Below are positions 27,847 to 37,872 of a stretch of 64,000 nt of DNA, one piece after another. The stretch comes from Euryarchaeota archaeon UBA91 (GTDB lineage: Archaea > Thermoplasmatota > Poseidoniia > Poseidoniales > Poseidoniaceae). Positions within the stretch are counted from its first letter, which is position 1; every line of letters starts with the position of its first letter. The notes beneath the pieces are model-generated. The model worked only from the letters and a program-made list of their open reading frames with translations. It made no database searches and had not been told where the DNA came from. The stretch spans positions 4,951 to 68,950 of the forward strand of contig DAMU01000077.1 of the NCBI GenBank assembly GCA_002499705.1, written 5' to 3'. A program made the translations under genes and the position numbers.

Positions 27847-28689
27847 TCACTTGTGTTCCCACTGAGGTTTTTCCCTATTCAGGAAGGCATCAACGCCAAT
27901 TTCTTGGTCTTTGGAACCAAATAAAGATGCGAAAACTTCTGCTTCGTAAGCGATGCCTTCAGTAATACCGAGGTCGAGTGAAGCACGAATTGTTTGTTTT
28001 CCAAAACGCAAGGTGTAGGAGGACTTACTTCCTATTATTCGCGCCATGTTGAGTGTGTAGTCAAGCAAATCTTCACTTGCACAAACATGATTCACCAGAC
28101 CCATACGATGGGCTTCTTCGGCGCCAATCATTTCTCCAGTCATGACCATTTCCATTGTTTTACCATACCCGATGAGGTGGGTTAAACGTTGAGTAGCACC
28201 GTAACCTGGAATTAAGCCAAGGTTTACTTCTGGTGTCCCGAATTTGGAACGGTTACTCGCAATACGCAAATCACAGGAGCATGCAATTTCACAACCTCCG
28301 CCTAGGGCGAAACCATCAACCATCGCAATTGTTGGTTTGCTTAAGTCCCACAGTGCTTCTACAGCATTATCGGTAAACTTCACTCGAATCGCATCACTCT
28401 GCATTCCTACGAATTCTGTGATGTCAGCACCAGCAACAAATGCATTCGGTTTGGCTCTCTTTCCTTCAGGAGGTTCATTTGGCTGAGCACCGGTGAGGAT
28501 GACAACTCGAATGGATTCAGTAGCCTCGGCCCAAGCGACCATTTCCTTCAAACTGGACATTACCTCTGCATTGAGTGAATTGAGTTTATCCGGCCTTCGA
28601 ATGGTAACCAGTGCTATTGAACCCAAATCATCGTGTTCATTTACGGGGATTTCTTCGATTGAAAGTACATCTGTCTGCGGGGCGTCCAT
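27847..28689 (-). CDS. Enoyl-CoA hydratase/isomerase (crotonase) family
   Basis: FVAGADI, MVDGFALGGGCEIACSCDLRIA, PEVNLGLIPGYGATQRL. Confidence 0.85.
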   Translation of the reverse strand: MDAPQTDVLSIEEIPVNEHDDLGSIALVTIRRPDKLNSLNAEVMSSLKEMVAWAEATESIRVVILTGAQPNEPPEGKRAKPNAFVAGADITEFVGMQSDAIRVKFTDNAVEALWDLSKPTIAMVDGFALGGGCEIACSCDLRIASNRSKFGTPEVNLGLIPGYGATQRLTHLIGYGKTMEMVMTGEMIGAEEAHRMGLVNHVCASEDLLDYTLNMARIIGSKSSYTLRFGKQTIRASLDLGITEGIAYEAEVFASLFGSKDQEIGVDAFLNREKPQWEHK

Positions 28690-28749
28690 GAACCTTCCAA
28701 ATGGTCGAAGTTCATCATTTCACCGACTGAGCCATTATCTTGATTCATC

Positions 28750-29586
28750 ATGCTGAAACCAAGAACTCAAAGACCACGACTCTTTCGTATGGTTATGGTT
28801 GAATCAGTCGCTCCGCTGGTTAAGGCAGAAGACATGGCCAAAAAATATGGTGATTTTATCGCTTTGCACCCACTCAATGTTGAGGTTCATGCTGGAGAAT
28901 TCTTCGGAGTATTTGGTCCGAATGGAGCAGGAAAGTCAACATTCATCAAACTCCTTACCGGACAACTTCGTCCGAGTAAAGGCCAAATCGAAGTGTTGGG
29001 GATTGATGCTGTCAAGAATCCACAAAAAGTCAAAGCAAACATCGGAATCGTTCCTGAATCTGAATCACCGCCCTCCTTTCTAACGCCGTATGAATTTCTT
29101 GAATTCGTGGCGAAATTACGCACCGTCGAGGGCATTCATGAGCATGTAGAACACTGGATTGAGTGGTTTGGATTAGAAGAAAAGCGAGATACAATGTGTA
29201 AAGATTTGTCAAAAGGACAACGTCAGAAAGTGATGCTTGCAGCTGCTTTTATCCATAAGCCAAAATTACTCTTTCTCGATGAACCATTCGCTAATCTTGA
29301 CCCCATTTATCAACGCAAATGCAGGCAATGGCTTCTTGAACATGTCAAAAACGGTGGAACGATTTTTCTTTGCTCACACGTCCTCGAAATGGCGGAGCGA
29401 ATGTGCAACAGAATGGCGATTATTAACAACGGGAAAGTGCTTGCAGCAGGAACTGTAAAAGGACTCAAACAAGCTGATGAAGAGACGCTTGAAGATGTCT
29501 TCATTCGGTTAGTAGGTCACTCAATAGAGGATGTCGAACGCCTCTCGGATGAAGGCGTCAAAAGCGAGGATACCGAGGAGGAGTAA
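28750..29586 (+). CDS. ABC transporter ATP-binding protein
   Basis: Walker A GPNGAGKST, signature LSKGQRQK, Walker B LLFLDEP. The start may be internal (MVMVES..). Confidence 0.85.
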   Translation: MLKPRTQRPRLFRMVMVESVAPLVKAEDMAKKYGDFIALHPLNVEVHAGEFFGVFGPNGAGKSTFIKLLTGQLRPSKGQIEVLGIDAVKNPQKVKANIGIVPESESPPSFLTPYEFLEFVAKLRTVEGIHEHVEHWIEWFGLEEKRDTMCKDLSKGQRQKVMLAAAFIHKPKLLFLDEPFANLDPIYQRKCRQWLLEHVKNGGTIFLCSHVLEMAERMCNRMAIINNGKVLAAGTVKGLKQADEETLEDVFIRLVGHSIEDVERLSDEGVKSEDTEEE

Positions 29587-29588
29587 AT

Positions 29589-31289
29589 GTGCCTGGAGTG
29601 AGTGTTGTATCTCGTGACTGGGATGAAGTTGCAGAGAGTCATTCAACTTCTTCCCATCCGATGGGGACAAGTGCTCATGACCAATACCTGCACGAACCAT
29701 TACGTGGCTGGCATGCCTTTTCTGCAACCTTTCGAGTGATGTTCAAGGAAGAAGGAAGAAAGAGTTTGGAGTTTGCCAAAAAACGTCAGATGGTACTTTT
29801 CCCGTTGCTCCTCACCCTCGTGACTGCAATCACGACTATTGGACTGCAATTTCTTGTTGGAGATTCTTCCGCTCAAGTTTCTGACCTTGAATCGAAAACA
29901 TTCACTTGGCAAGAACTGCGTTTTGCACTTCACCTGCCCTTACTGATGTTCAGTCTCGGAATGGGGACGTTTGCTTTCATGGGCCATGATGCCATTGTTC
30001 ACAGAGCAGGTACGAAAAACTACCTTTTGGCTGCTCCGGCACTGCAGCCATTACCGAACTCAGTGGCTCATTTTGCATACTTTGTCAAAGATCTTTGCTT
30101 CTATGTCATGCTCATTCTCTCTCCAGTTGTGGCTGGTATGGCTGTAGGAATCATGCTCGAAGCAGTTGCTGGAATTTCCACACCCTTGGAATGGACAAGC
30201 CTACCTTGGACTTGGCTTGCTATGATTATCACTCTTGGACAGGGGCTCGCTATCGCCTTTTTAGCCTCCGCTCTATGGATGCGAGGGCGTCCATATACCA
30301 TCATTGGCCCGGTTCTGGTTGTTGCTCTGGGAGTCTCAATTGGAATAGGGGTATTTGAGATTGAAACAATGCTTTGGGGCTTAGGCGTTCAGAGTTCACA
30401 GAACCTTTTCTACGCTGCACTTGCACTCTTCGCTAGCCTCGGTGTCGGGATGTTTTCATCCGCATTAATTATCGATGATTTTGATGTTTCTGTCGTTGAA
30501 CGAGCAGAACTTTTCACTCCGATATACAATCGATTGGGATTCCTTGGCAAAGGTGAAATCCGGTTAATTGTAGCAAAGGAATTTGTCGATTTAATTCGTT
30601 CTGGTTCGATAAAAAAGATGACGGTCTCCTATGCGATTCCCCTCTTAGTACTCCTTGGAATGGCTTGGCTAGTCGATTTTGCAGAGGCTCCTATTCCTAT
30701 CAATCTTCTCTCGTATGCACCATTCCTCGGATTTTTCGGATTCAACTTCTATTCTTGGCTCACCATTTTGGATTCTCCCGAGTTTATGAATGGCTTACCA
30801 CTGAGAGTTCCTCAACTTATTCGGGCAAAAGTCGTGGTTTATTTCCTTGCCACTTCTTGGATATCTCTAATTTTTATTGTCCTCATGGCATGGCGACTGG
30901 ATGAGTGGGGAGCGTTACCTACAAGCATCATTGTCATGTTTGCAAATTCCATTTACATTGTCGCTCTCACTGCCTTCTTAATGGGGTTACGACCCAATAA
31001 AGCTATTTTTGATGCTTCGATTATGATCTGGTTTTGGATAGGAACCGTCATCCCCTTACTGATGTTGTTCTTACTTTCATTTACTCAAGGAGACGTTTCC
31101 TTGTATGGAAATTGGTGGGAAAGGGCGTCTCAAGAAGGATTGGCTGCTACCGCTTCAATGTATGATCAAAGCATGGTTGAGCAAGGCTACAAAGGAATGA
31201 TTGCAATTTCTGTGGGATTGATTTTCGCATCTGGTTTACTGTGGAAGTTGATGGATCGCCGATGGGGACGAGCAGAGTTTTCAAATTGA
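29589..31289 (+). CDS. Multi-pass membrane protein, putative ABC permease partner
   Basis: At least 10 hydrophobic segments, lying immediately after the ABC ATPase stop. GTG start, with several possible downstream starts. Confidence 0.55.
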   Translation: MPGVSVVSRDWDEVAESHSTSSHPMGTSAHDQYLHEPLRGWHAFSATFRVMFKEEGRKSLEFAKKRQMVLFPLLLTLVTAITTIGLQFLVGDSSAQVSDLESKTFTWQELRFALHLPLLMFSLGMGTFAFMGHDAIVHRAGTKNYLLAAPALQPLPNSVAHFAYFVKDLCFYVMLILSPVVAGMAVGIMLEAVAGISTPLEWTSLPWTWLAMIITLGQGLAIAFLASALWMRGRPYTIIGPVLVVALGVSIGIGVFEIETMLWGLGVQSSQNLFYAALALFASLGVGMFSSALIIDDFDVSVVERAELFTPIYNRLGFLGKGEIRLIVAKEFVDLIRSGSIKKMTVSYAIPLLVLLGMAWLVDFAEAPIPINLLSYAPFLGFFGFNFYSWLTILDSPEFMNGLPLRVPQLIRAKVVVYFLATSWISLIFIVLMAWRLDEWGALPTSIIVMFANSIYIVALTAFLMGLRPNKAIFDASIMIWFWIGTVIPLLMLFLLSFTQGDVSLYGNWWERASQEGLAATASMYDQSMVEQGYKGMIAISVGLIFASGLLWKLMDRRWGRAEFSN

Positions 31290-31346
31290 ATCAGATTCCA
31301 TTCTTTGTGAGGTATCTTGATGAGCGTTCGGCTCCGCCCTTCAAGC

Positions 31347-31904
31347 ATGGCCCGAGTCGTTGCAGTATGCGGTATGCCGGGCTCTGGTAAGGGAGAGTTT
31401 GCCCAAGTTCTCACCGAAAACAAAATTCCAGTTCTTTCTATGGGCGACATGGTTCGTGCTGAAGTCCGACGCTTAGAACTGGAGGAAAGTCCAGGTATTT
31501 TCGGAGAGATTGCTGCTCAATTACGCACACTGCATGGAGAAGATGTACTGGCTGTGCGGTTAGCAGACGCTGTAGATACACACTTGGAATCGAATTCACT
31601 TGTTTTAATCGAAGGAATGCGGGGTACGGCTGAACGAATCGTGTTTGAAAATCGATGGGGTGAAAATTTCTTTTCCGTAGCAGTGGTTGCATCTCCTGAT
31701 GTTCGGTTCACTCGGATTCAAAATCGTGGACGATCAGAAGACGGCGACTTAAACGCATTTGAGGTTCGAGATGCCCGTGAACGTGGATGGGGGCTGGAAG
31801 AAATTATCAAAGAATCAAATTTTATTATCGACAATAATGTCGAACTTGACACCTTTCGCAACTCATGCCATGCTTGGCTTGAATCTTTCACAAACCAAGA
31901 ATAA
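31347..31904 (+). CDS. P-loop nucleotide/nucleoside kinase-like protein (archaeal UPF0200-like)
   Basis: VAVCGMPGSGKGEFA at the N-terminus, and an R-rich lid-like region RIQNRGRSEDGD. Start re-picked at 31347. Confidence 0.6.
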   Translation: MARVVAVCGMPGSGKGEFAQVLTENKIPVLSMGDMVRAEVRRLELEESPGIFGEIAAQLRTLHGEDVLAVRLADAVDTHLESNSLVLIEGMRGTAERIVFENRWGENFFSVAVVASPDVRFTRIQNRGRSEDGDLNAFEVRDARERGWGLEEIIKESNFIIDNNVELDTFRNSCHAWLESFTNQE

Positions 31905-32035
31905 TCGTTCCCGCTAAAAGGGCGTGAATGGTGAATAATTTTGAGCCGCAGGGTGGCGGTTTTAGGGGTGTTTTTCACCCAAGTGTTATAGTCGGCCATA
32001 GCCTGTGATAAATTGCTTCGGCAGAGGGTGCACGT

Positions 32036-33562
32036 ATGGCGAGAAAACAAAACAAAGGTGGAGGCAAGCGTCAGCGGGCAAAACAACGTGCCCAATACGA
32101 TGAACTCGACAAGTATCCCGTCATGCCTCCGCACGCTTTTGCACGCATTGTTCGTGACAAGCAAACTTTGAACATTATTTACCAAATTATTGAGCCTCCA
32201 ATGACGAAAAAGGAACAAGAATATCGTGACGAAATTCTCGATATTTTTATTCGTTCGCTGACGGCAAATATTGAAGAAATCGATGCCAATCCTGAAGCAT
32301 ATATCCGCACAGCAATGGATAAGGTCATCAAATCATACGGCATGAAAATTAATAAAAAATCAAAATCGAAGATTTTCTACTATCTGCGCCGTGACTTGAT
32401 TGGATACGGTCAAATGGATGTCCTGATGAACGACATTAACGTCGAAGATATCTCTTTGGATGGAACTGGTGTACCTATTTTCGCCTATCATCGAAAGTTT
32501 GAATCGGTCGAAACAACATGTGTCTGGAATACCGATGATGAATTAGAATCGTATGTTATCAAACTCGCTCAACGCTGTGGCAAGCACATATCGGTTGCTG
32601 ACCCACTGCTTGACGCTACACTCATGGATGGTTCAAGAATTGTCATGAAACTTGGCCATGAGATTTCCACACGTGGTTCGGCCTTCTGTATTCGACGATT
32701 TAAGGACGATCCGTTTTCCCCTGCGGACATCGTTGCGTTCCGAACAATGTCTTCTCTCATGGTTGCTTACCTTTGGATTGGATTCCAAAATGAAGTACCT
32801 ATGCTGTTTGTCGGAGGAACTGCTTCCGGTAAGACGACAACTCTGAACGCGATGTGTATTTTTATTCCATGGCAGATGAAGATTGTCTCCATTGAATCAA
32901 CTCGTGAAGTCAACATTCCTCAACCAAACTGGGTTCCAGGTTTAACGCGGCAAGGTTTCGGTGGAGAATCAACCGAAGGTGTCATTGGTGAGTTCGAGTT
33001 GCTCAAAGCAGCACTTCGTGAACGGCCTGAATACATTATTGTCGGTGAAATTCGTGGTGCAGAAGCTTATGTTCTGTTCCAAGCGATGGCGACAGGTCAC
33101 TGTGCATATTCAACTGTCCACGCTGACTCTGTTCCTTCGCTGGTCCACCGATTGGAAAACAAACCAATTGATATCCCGCGTGTTCTTTTGCCAGCATTGG
33201 AAGCATGTGCGATTCAAATTCAAACCCGTATCAATGGAAAGCGTGTTCGTAGAACCAAGCAACTGGTCGAGATTGTTGGAATTGATCCGAACTCACTGGA
33301 AATTATCACCAATGAAGTATTCCGTTGGGACGTAAATACAGATGACTTCATCTTTAGCGGTAAATCCTATGTTTTGGAAAAAATCATGGTCAAACTCAAT
33401 TATTCACAAGACGATATGCGTCGTGAATTACGAACACGCAAGCGCATCTTGGAATGGATGGTCTTGAATGATATACGAAAAGCAGACCAAGTGTCTCAAA
33501 TTGTCACAGAATATTATGTGCGACCAACTGAAATTTTAGCACGTGTTGACGGACTTCGTTGA
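32036..33562 (+). CDS. Type II/IV secretion-family ATPase (FlaI/TadA/PilB-like) of a type-IV-pilus-like system
   Basis: Walker A GGTASGKTTTLNA, Walker B/Asp box IIVGEIRGAEA and a His box region TGHCAYSTVHA. GAGGGTG Shine-Dalgarno-like motif upstream. Confidence 0.85.
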   Translation: MARKQNKGGGKRQRAKQRAQYDELDKYPVMPPHAFARIVRDKQTLNIIYQIIEPPMTKKEQEYRDEILDIFIRSLTANIEEIDANPEAYIRTAMDKVIKSYGMKINKKSKSKIFYYLRRDLIGYGQMDVLMNDINVEDISLDGTGVPIFAYHRKFESVETTCVWNTDDELESYVIKLAQRCGKHISVADPLLDATLMDGSRIVMKLGHEISTRGSAFCIRRFKDDPFSPADIVAFRTMSSLMVAYLWIGFQNEVPMLFVGGTASGKTTTLNAMCIFIPWQMKIVSIESTREVNIPQPNWVPGLTRQGFGGESTEGVIGEFELLKAALRERPEYIIVGEIRGAEAYVLFQAMATGHCAYSTVHADSVPSLVHRLENKPIDIPRVLLPALEACAIQIQTRINGKRVRRTKQLVEIVGIDPNSLEIITNEVFRWDVNTDDFIFSGKSYVLEKIMVKLNYSQDDMRRELRTRKRILEWMVLNDIRKADQVSQIVTEYYVRPTEILARVDGLR

Positions 33563-33584
33563 AAGCAATACATGAGGTGATTCG

Positions 33585-34604
33585 ATGGACTTGACCACAT
33601 GGCAGAGGATTTGTAATCGCATCCTCGGTCGTTTGCTGCGTAAACGTGCACGCCGTGACAAAGAATTGTCTGAAAGCCTTGTCAAAGGTTCGATGCCAAT
33701 GATGCCAGAGGTTTATCTTGCCACTGCAATCATGACCACGATTGCCATTACCCTCATATCTTGGGCTTTTGTTTCTTTATTCTTTATTCCAGACATTGGC
33801 ATAATTGCTTACTGGGAGGGCATCCAAGATGCATCAACCGTGAACTATTGCTTTGAATGGGAATATTGGAATCAAGATTTAATCGACCCTTCTAAACCGG
33901 GTAATGGCTGTGATGGTTTCGCATACCAGGTGTTCCCTCCATTCCTCAAAGTGCTCATCGTTGCTCTTGGAGGATTGATCATTCCTTACTTCGCATTCAA
34001 TTACAACAAAAATGGTGCAAAGCGAGAAGCAAAGCGACGTGGAGATATGATTGAGAAATACCTTCCTTACGCTGCATCATACACCGCAGCAATGTCTGCA
34101 GCAAATGCAACACCTTCGAAGATTTTTAGGTCGCTTGCCATGAATAAGGAAATTTATGGAGACGTTGCAGATGACGCTGCTATGGTCTATCGGGATGTGA
34201 CTCTTTTGGGTTATGACTTGATTACTGCAATGAAGATGAGTGTTGATCGTGCAGCGTCCGTTTGGCTTACTGAATTTTTCCAAGGAATGGTTGGAACGCT
34301 GACTGCTGGTGGACAACTCAAATTGTATTTCCTTAACCGTGCTGAACACTACATGCGTGAAAACAGAACTCGTCTTCAGATGTTCTTAGAATCAATCGCA
34401 CTGCTCGCCGAATCATACATTGTCGTCGCTGTTGCAATGCCTCTGTTTTTGATTGTCATGCTTGTCATTATGTTCTGGGTTTCAGGTTCTGGCGCACAGA
34501 TGTCAGAAGGAATGCTGTATGGAATTGTCTTAGGATTCGTGCCAATGATTCACATCGCTTATGCGATATTGGTATGGACGAGCAGTAAAGAACAAGAAAT
34601 GTGA
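33585..34604 (+). CDS. TadC/FlaJ-like platform membrane protein, half-size (single T2SSF-like domain)
   Basis: A cytoplasmic helical domain (KYLPYAASYTAAMSAANATPSKIFRSLA...) is flanked by TM helices. GAGGTGA upstream. Confidence 0.7.
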   Translation: MDLTTWQRICNRILGRLLRKRARRDKELSESLVKGSMPMMPEVYLATAIMTTIAITLISWAFVSLFFIPDIGIIAYWEGIQDASTVNYCFEWEYWNQDLIDPSKPGNGCDGFAYQVFPPFLKVLIVALGGLIIPYFAFNYNKNGAKREAKRRGDMIEKYLPYAASYTAAMSAANATPSKIFRSLAMNKEIYGDVADDAAMVYRDVTLLGYDLITAMKMSVDRAASVWLTEFFQGMVGTLTAGGQLKLYFLNRAEHYMRENRTRLQMFLESIALLAESYIVVAVAMPLFLIVMLVIMFWVSGSGAQMSEGMLYGIVLGFVPMIHIAYAILVWTSSKEQEM

Positions 34605-34618
34605 AAGGAGGTGAGAAA

Positions 34619-36196
34619 ATGGCGCGTAAAAAGGAGAAAATTACGGTTAAGTTGGACCTGCCTAAGGACGATTCCACACTCACCAAACTTTACGCAATTC
34701 TGTTTGTTTCGATTCTGTTAGGATTGGGTACTGCTACGGTTTGGGCAACAAATTCAGGATTTATTCCGACCCAAAATGGCGAACCAATGTTTACCAATTT
34801 GTATTGTGGACTTACCGCAAAAGATTCTCAAGGAAATTCGATGGGAGAACAGTTCAACTCAAATGTCAAACCTGATTATTCCGCTAATCAGTCTTGCTCA
34901 ATACTTCAAGACGCACCCGATCGAGTGGTTTGGGAAGGAGAAGAATGGAACACGTTAACCAAACAAGGGAAAAATTTCGATGTTCCAGGCGTTGACCCCG
35001 ACCAAACTGGCGGCCTGACAGTCTTGCAACCCTTGTGGGTGAATTGCAGCGTTTCAGCAGACACACAAACCGATTACGTTGTAGCCATTCGCTCTCAAAG
35101 TGGCGAAATCATGGACTCTTACTCCGGCACCACCGATACCGCAAACGATGATTGTCAAATTGAAATGGTCAACATTCCACCAGATACCCGCTATGAGTTC
35201 ATTGTATTTTCAATGGAAGAAGGCAAAAGAATTTCGTCGTTTAATTTCGACATGACCGTTCACTACTATGACGGAATTCCCTCGAACATGAACAACAAGT
35301 CGTTTTGGCTCGGCCCTGAGGTTGAGTTAGGACCGAAGTCAATTCGTCCATTTATCTTCCTCAACTTCTTCGGAATGATGTTCTTTTTCTTCCTATACCC
35401 CGCTTCCTTCTACTGGGAACGTGTTGAAAATGCCAAAAACGAAGTCGAGGAAAAATTCCCTGATTTCCTTCGTGACCTTGCAGAATACTGGAAGGGAGGT
35501 CTTTCGATGACTGTGGCGATTCAAACACTGGCCACATCAGAATATGGCGCACTGAATGACGAAGTCAAGAAAATGTCTGACCAGTTGAGTTGGGGTATCA
35601 AATTTAGCGATGTTATCAAGCAATTTGCTGAGCGAGTTGGAACGCCACTGGTTCAAAGAGCGATTGCTTTGATTGCTGAAGCAGACCGAGCAGGTGGTAA
35701 AATTTCAGACATTCTTGTGACGGCTGCGAACGACTCACGAGAATTGAAATTCCTTGAAGGTGAACGGCGAAGAGCTATTGGTTCTTACATTGCGGTTATT
35801 TGGACTTCGTACTTCGTTTTCCTCGGCGTGATTGTCACACTCGCAGTTGTCTTTATTCCGGCTATTGCAGGCTCAAATTCCAGCGGAGAAGAAGGTGGAG
35901 ACAGTGGAGGTCAAACGATTGGAAACATGACGATTCGGAACATCGACCCCTTGTTTTTCTTGACGGTTTTCTATTATGGAGTCACCATGCAAGCGGTTGG
36001 AAATGGTACCATGGCAGGTTTGATGTCAACCGGTCGGTTCTCAACTGGTTTCAAGCACTCTGGAATGATGATTCTCGTGTCATTACTGGTGTTTAACTTC
36101 CTTGCATTCACACCAAATTTGATTGGAATTACCGAAGTACCTGGACTCAATCCATCATCGGGTACATTCATACCTTCTCCGTTATTCTTGGGGTGA
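34619..36196 (+). CDS. TadC/FlaJ-like platform membrane protein, second half-size paralog with a large extracytoplasmic N-terminal insertion
   Basis: An N-terminal TM helix, then ~230 aa non-hydrophobic, then KFPDFLRDLAEYWKGGLSMTVAIQTLA...LVQRAIALIAEADRAGG (T2SSF-like), then TM helices. ATG at 34619 follows AGGAGGTGA. The track starts at GTG 34601. Confidence 0.7.
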   Translation: MARKKEKITVKLDLPKDDSTLTKLYAILFVSILLGLGTATVWATNSGFIPTQNGEPMFTNLYCGLTAKDSQGNSMGEQFNSNVKPDYSANQSCSILQDAPDRVVWEGEEWNTLTKQGKNFDVPGVDPDQTGGLTVLQPLWVNCSVSADTQTDYVVAIRSQSGEIMDSYSGTTDTANDDCQIEMVNIPPDTRYEFIVFSMEEGKRISSFNFDMTVHYYDGIPSNMNNKSFWLGPEVELGPKSIRPFIFLNFFGMMFFFFLYPASFYWERVENAKNEVEEKFPDFLRDLAEYWKGGLSMTVAIQTLATSEYGALNDEVKKMSDQLSWGIKFSDVIKQFAERVGTPLVQRAIALIAEADRAGGKISDILVTAANDSRELKFLEGERRRAIGSYIAVIWTSYFVFLGVIVTLAVVFIPAIAGSNSSGEEGGDSGGQTIGNMTIRNIDPLFFLTVFYYGVTMQAVGNGTMAGLMSTGRFSTGFKHSGMMILVSLLVFNFLAFTPNLIGITEVPGLNPSSGTFIPSPLFLG

Positions 36197-36200
36197 TTGA

Positions 36201-36641
36201 ATGCGTCATGATGAAGATGCTCAGGTTCACATCCTTGAGATGCTGACACTGTTTTGGCTGTTCTTCATGTCGGCGACCTTTCTCATCCGGATACACGTCC
36301 CGGATGCACCCAGCGTCGCTCATGATGCTGCATTGGAAATTACGGGAGACGATGCATTTCGATATGGACTGAGTTTAGAGGCTGAAGTCTCTGGTGAAAA
36401 TCGGTTGAGTGAGTTGTTACAGAATGGTGAACTTGACGAAGCTTGTTTCCTATTACAAAATCAAATTGCCGCTGGAAAAGAAGCAAACTGCTGGTTAGCA
36501 CAAAACAGTGGGACATCTGTACCTTACGGCAACACTGGAACTCCGGCTGGAGAAACGGTAACCGTACACCACCTGCTGGCAATCGATGAAAATTCATGGA
36601 CAGTCACACTCGATGTTTGGAATCGAGGAGGTGGTGCTTGA
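36201..36641 (+). CDS. Small pilin-like protein candidate (class III signal-peptide-like N-terminus)
   Basis: MRHDEDA-QVHILEMLTLFWLFFMSATFLI is a charged head, a small residue plus Q, then a hydrophobic helix. It sits 4 nt after the platform gene stop. Confidence 0.5.
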   Translation: MRHDEDAQVHILEMLTLFWLFFMSATFLIRIHVPDAPSVAHDAALEITGDDAFRYGLSLEAEVSGENRLSELLQNGELDEACFLLQNQIAAGKEANCWLAQNSGTSVPYGNTGTPAGETVTVHHLLAIDENSWTVTLDVWNRGGGA

Positions 36642-37090
36642 TGTATATGCAAACCCGCCACTCAAATGAAGACCGAGATGCTGGGCAAATGCTTCTGGCA
36701 ACTGGCGTTGTTCTGTTGATGTCTTTACTTTCCATGGCTATTTTTGGCGTAAAGGTTGCTGGTTTAACGATGCCCTATGAAACTGCATCTGATGGAGTAT
36801 TGGTGGCTTCTTTGGAGGCGGTCGACGCAATTCCCGAACTGACTGAAGCACGTACACAATTGTGGATCGATGGCGGACTTGAACCTCTTGAGGCTGGTGA
36901 AACAGCCTATCAAAGCGTCCATGATGACTTACTCCACCATGGTGAGTTGCGCGGTATTGAAATTAAAATCATCAATATGCAAGTCAACGAAACATCTGCC
37001 ACAACACTTCATTTTACGGGTGAATTAGGAATATCAGATGGTTCAGCAATGCTGACCACTTTGATTAGTTTCGATGTCGTTCATGCTTAA
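36641..37090 (+). CDS. Small pilin-like protein candidate (class III signal-peptide-like N-terminus)
   Basis: MYMQTRHSNEDRDAG-QMLLATGVVLLMSLLSMAIFGV. The ATG overlaps the previous TGA (TGATG), and AGGAGGTGG lies upstream. Start re-picked from the track ORF. Confidence 0.55.
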   Translation: MYMQTRHSNEDRDAGQMLLATGVVLLMSLLSMAIFGVKVAGLTMPYETASDGVLVASLEAVDAIPELTEARTQLWIDGGLEPLEAGETAYQSVHDDLLHHGELRGIEIKIINMQVNETSATTLHFTGELGISDGSAMLTTLISFDVVHA

Positions 37091-37752
37091 CTACGCTGAA
37101 CGTGCTCGTTCCAAGCAAGGTCCAACAGATGTTTAATTCGGTCAGTATCTTTACTCACTCTGGAAAGGTCAACTATGGGCCATGATGCAATTTTAGCTCG
37201 TTCAATCAAACCATCTTGAATTGCTCGAATGCGAGGAAAAGCCGCTAAATAGCGATCAGCACGACGGAAAGAGTGGGCATCTCTGGAACGAATCATCGAA
37301 CGATGTCGGTCTTCTTCACCAACAGTCATCACCAAGCCAATCGCAATTCCTCCGGCTTCACGCCAACTGCGTAACAAGCGTTCACTCGGATTGATGTGGA
37401 CTCCTTCGATTAACAAATCAATACCTTCACGCCGTGCACGGTCAATGGTTGCAACTATACCTCCTTCAACTGCTTGACAAGTGTCTAACCAATCGATGAC
37501 TGGTTCTCCTGAACTACCCCTTGAGAAGGATGAGCGATGGAGTGCTGGTTCCTTTCTATCCTCATCGCATGAACGCATGATTTCTCGAACAGCATCGGTT
37601 GAAAGAAGGCGAGCAAAACCAATATCCGCTGCAAGTTGAACTGACGCTGTAGACTTGCCTGTTCCGGTAGCACCCGCAATGACAAGCAGTCGAGGAGCAC
37701 GGGCAGCGATGGTGCGAGCAGCGGCATCTGCCAAACCTACCTCTCGAGCCAT
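37087..37752 (-). CDS. 2-phosphoglycerate kinase-like P-loop protein
   Basis: LLVIAGATGTGKST...LLSTDAVREIMR...LLIEGVHINP matches the archaeal 2PGK-family pattern. Start re-picked at MAREVG. The track's 116-codon extension overlaps the divergent ALDH gene and looks spurious. Confidence 0.65.
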   Translation of the reverse strand: MAREVGLADAAARTIAARAPRLLVIAGATGTGKSTASVQLAADIGFARLLSTDAVREIMRSCDEDRKEPALHRSSFSRGSSGEPVIDWLDTCQAVEGGIVATIDRARREGIDLLIEGVHINPSERLLRSWREAGGIAIGLVMTVGEEDRHRSMIRSRDAHSFRRADRYLAAFPRIRAIQDGLIERAKIASWPIVDLSRVSKDTDRIKHLLDLAWNEHVQRS

Positions 37753-37872
37753 ACTGTATGCACAGAGAACTCGCTTCAAGAGTCTTTTTACCTCAAAGGA
37801 CTGCTTTTCCGTTCTTTGAAACCAAGTCAAGCCAAGCGAATACCTTTGAGGGGACAGCCCTTGGAGTGGAAT

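Noticed and set aside
32036-37090. Calling the pilus-like operon an archaellum (fla/arl) cluster
   Set aside because: No archaellin-like gene, no FlaF/FlaG/FlaH (KaiC-like) and no FlaC/D/E or FlaX are present. Two half-size platform genes are not the archaellum arrangement.
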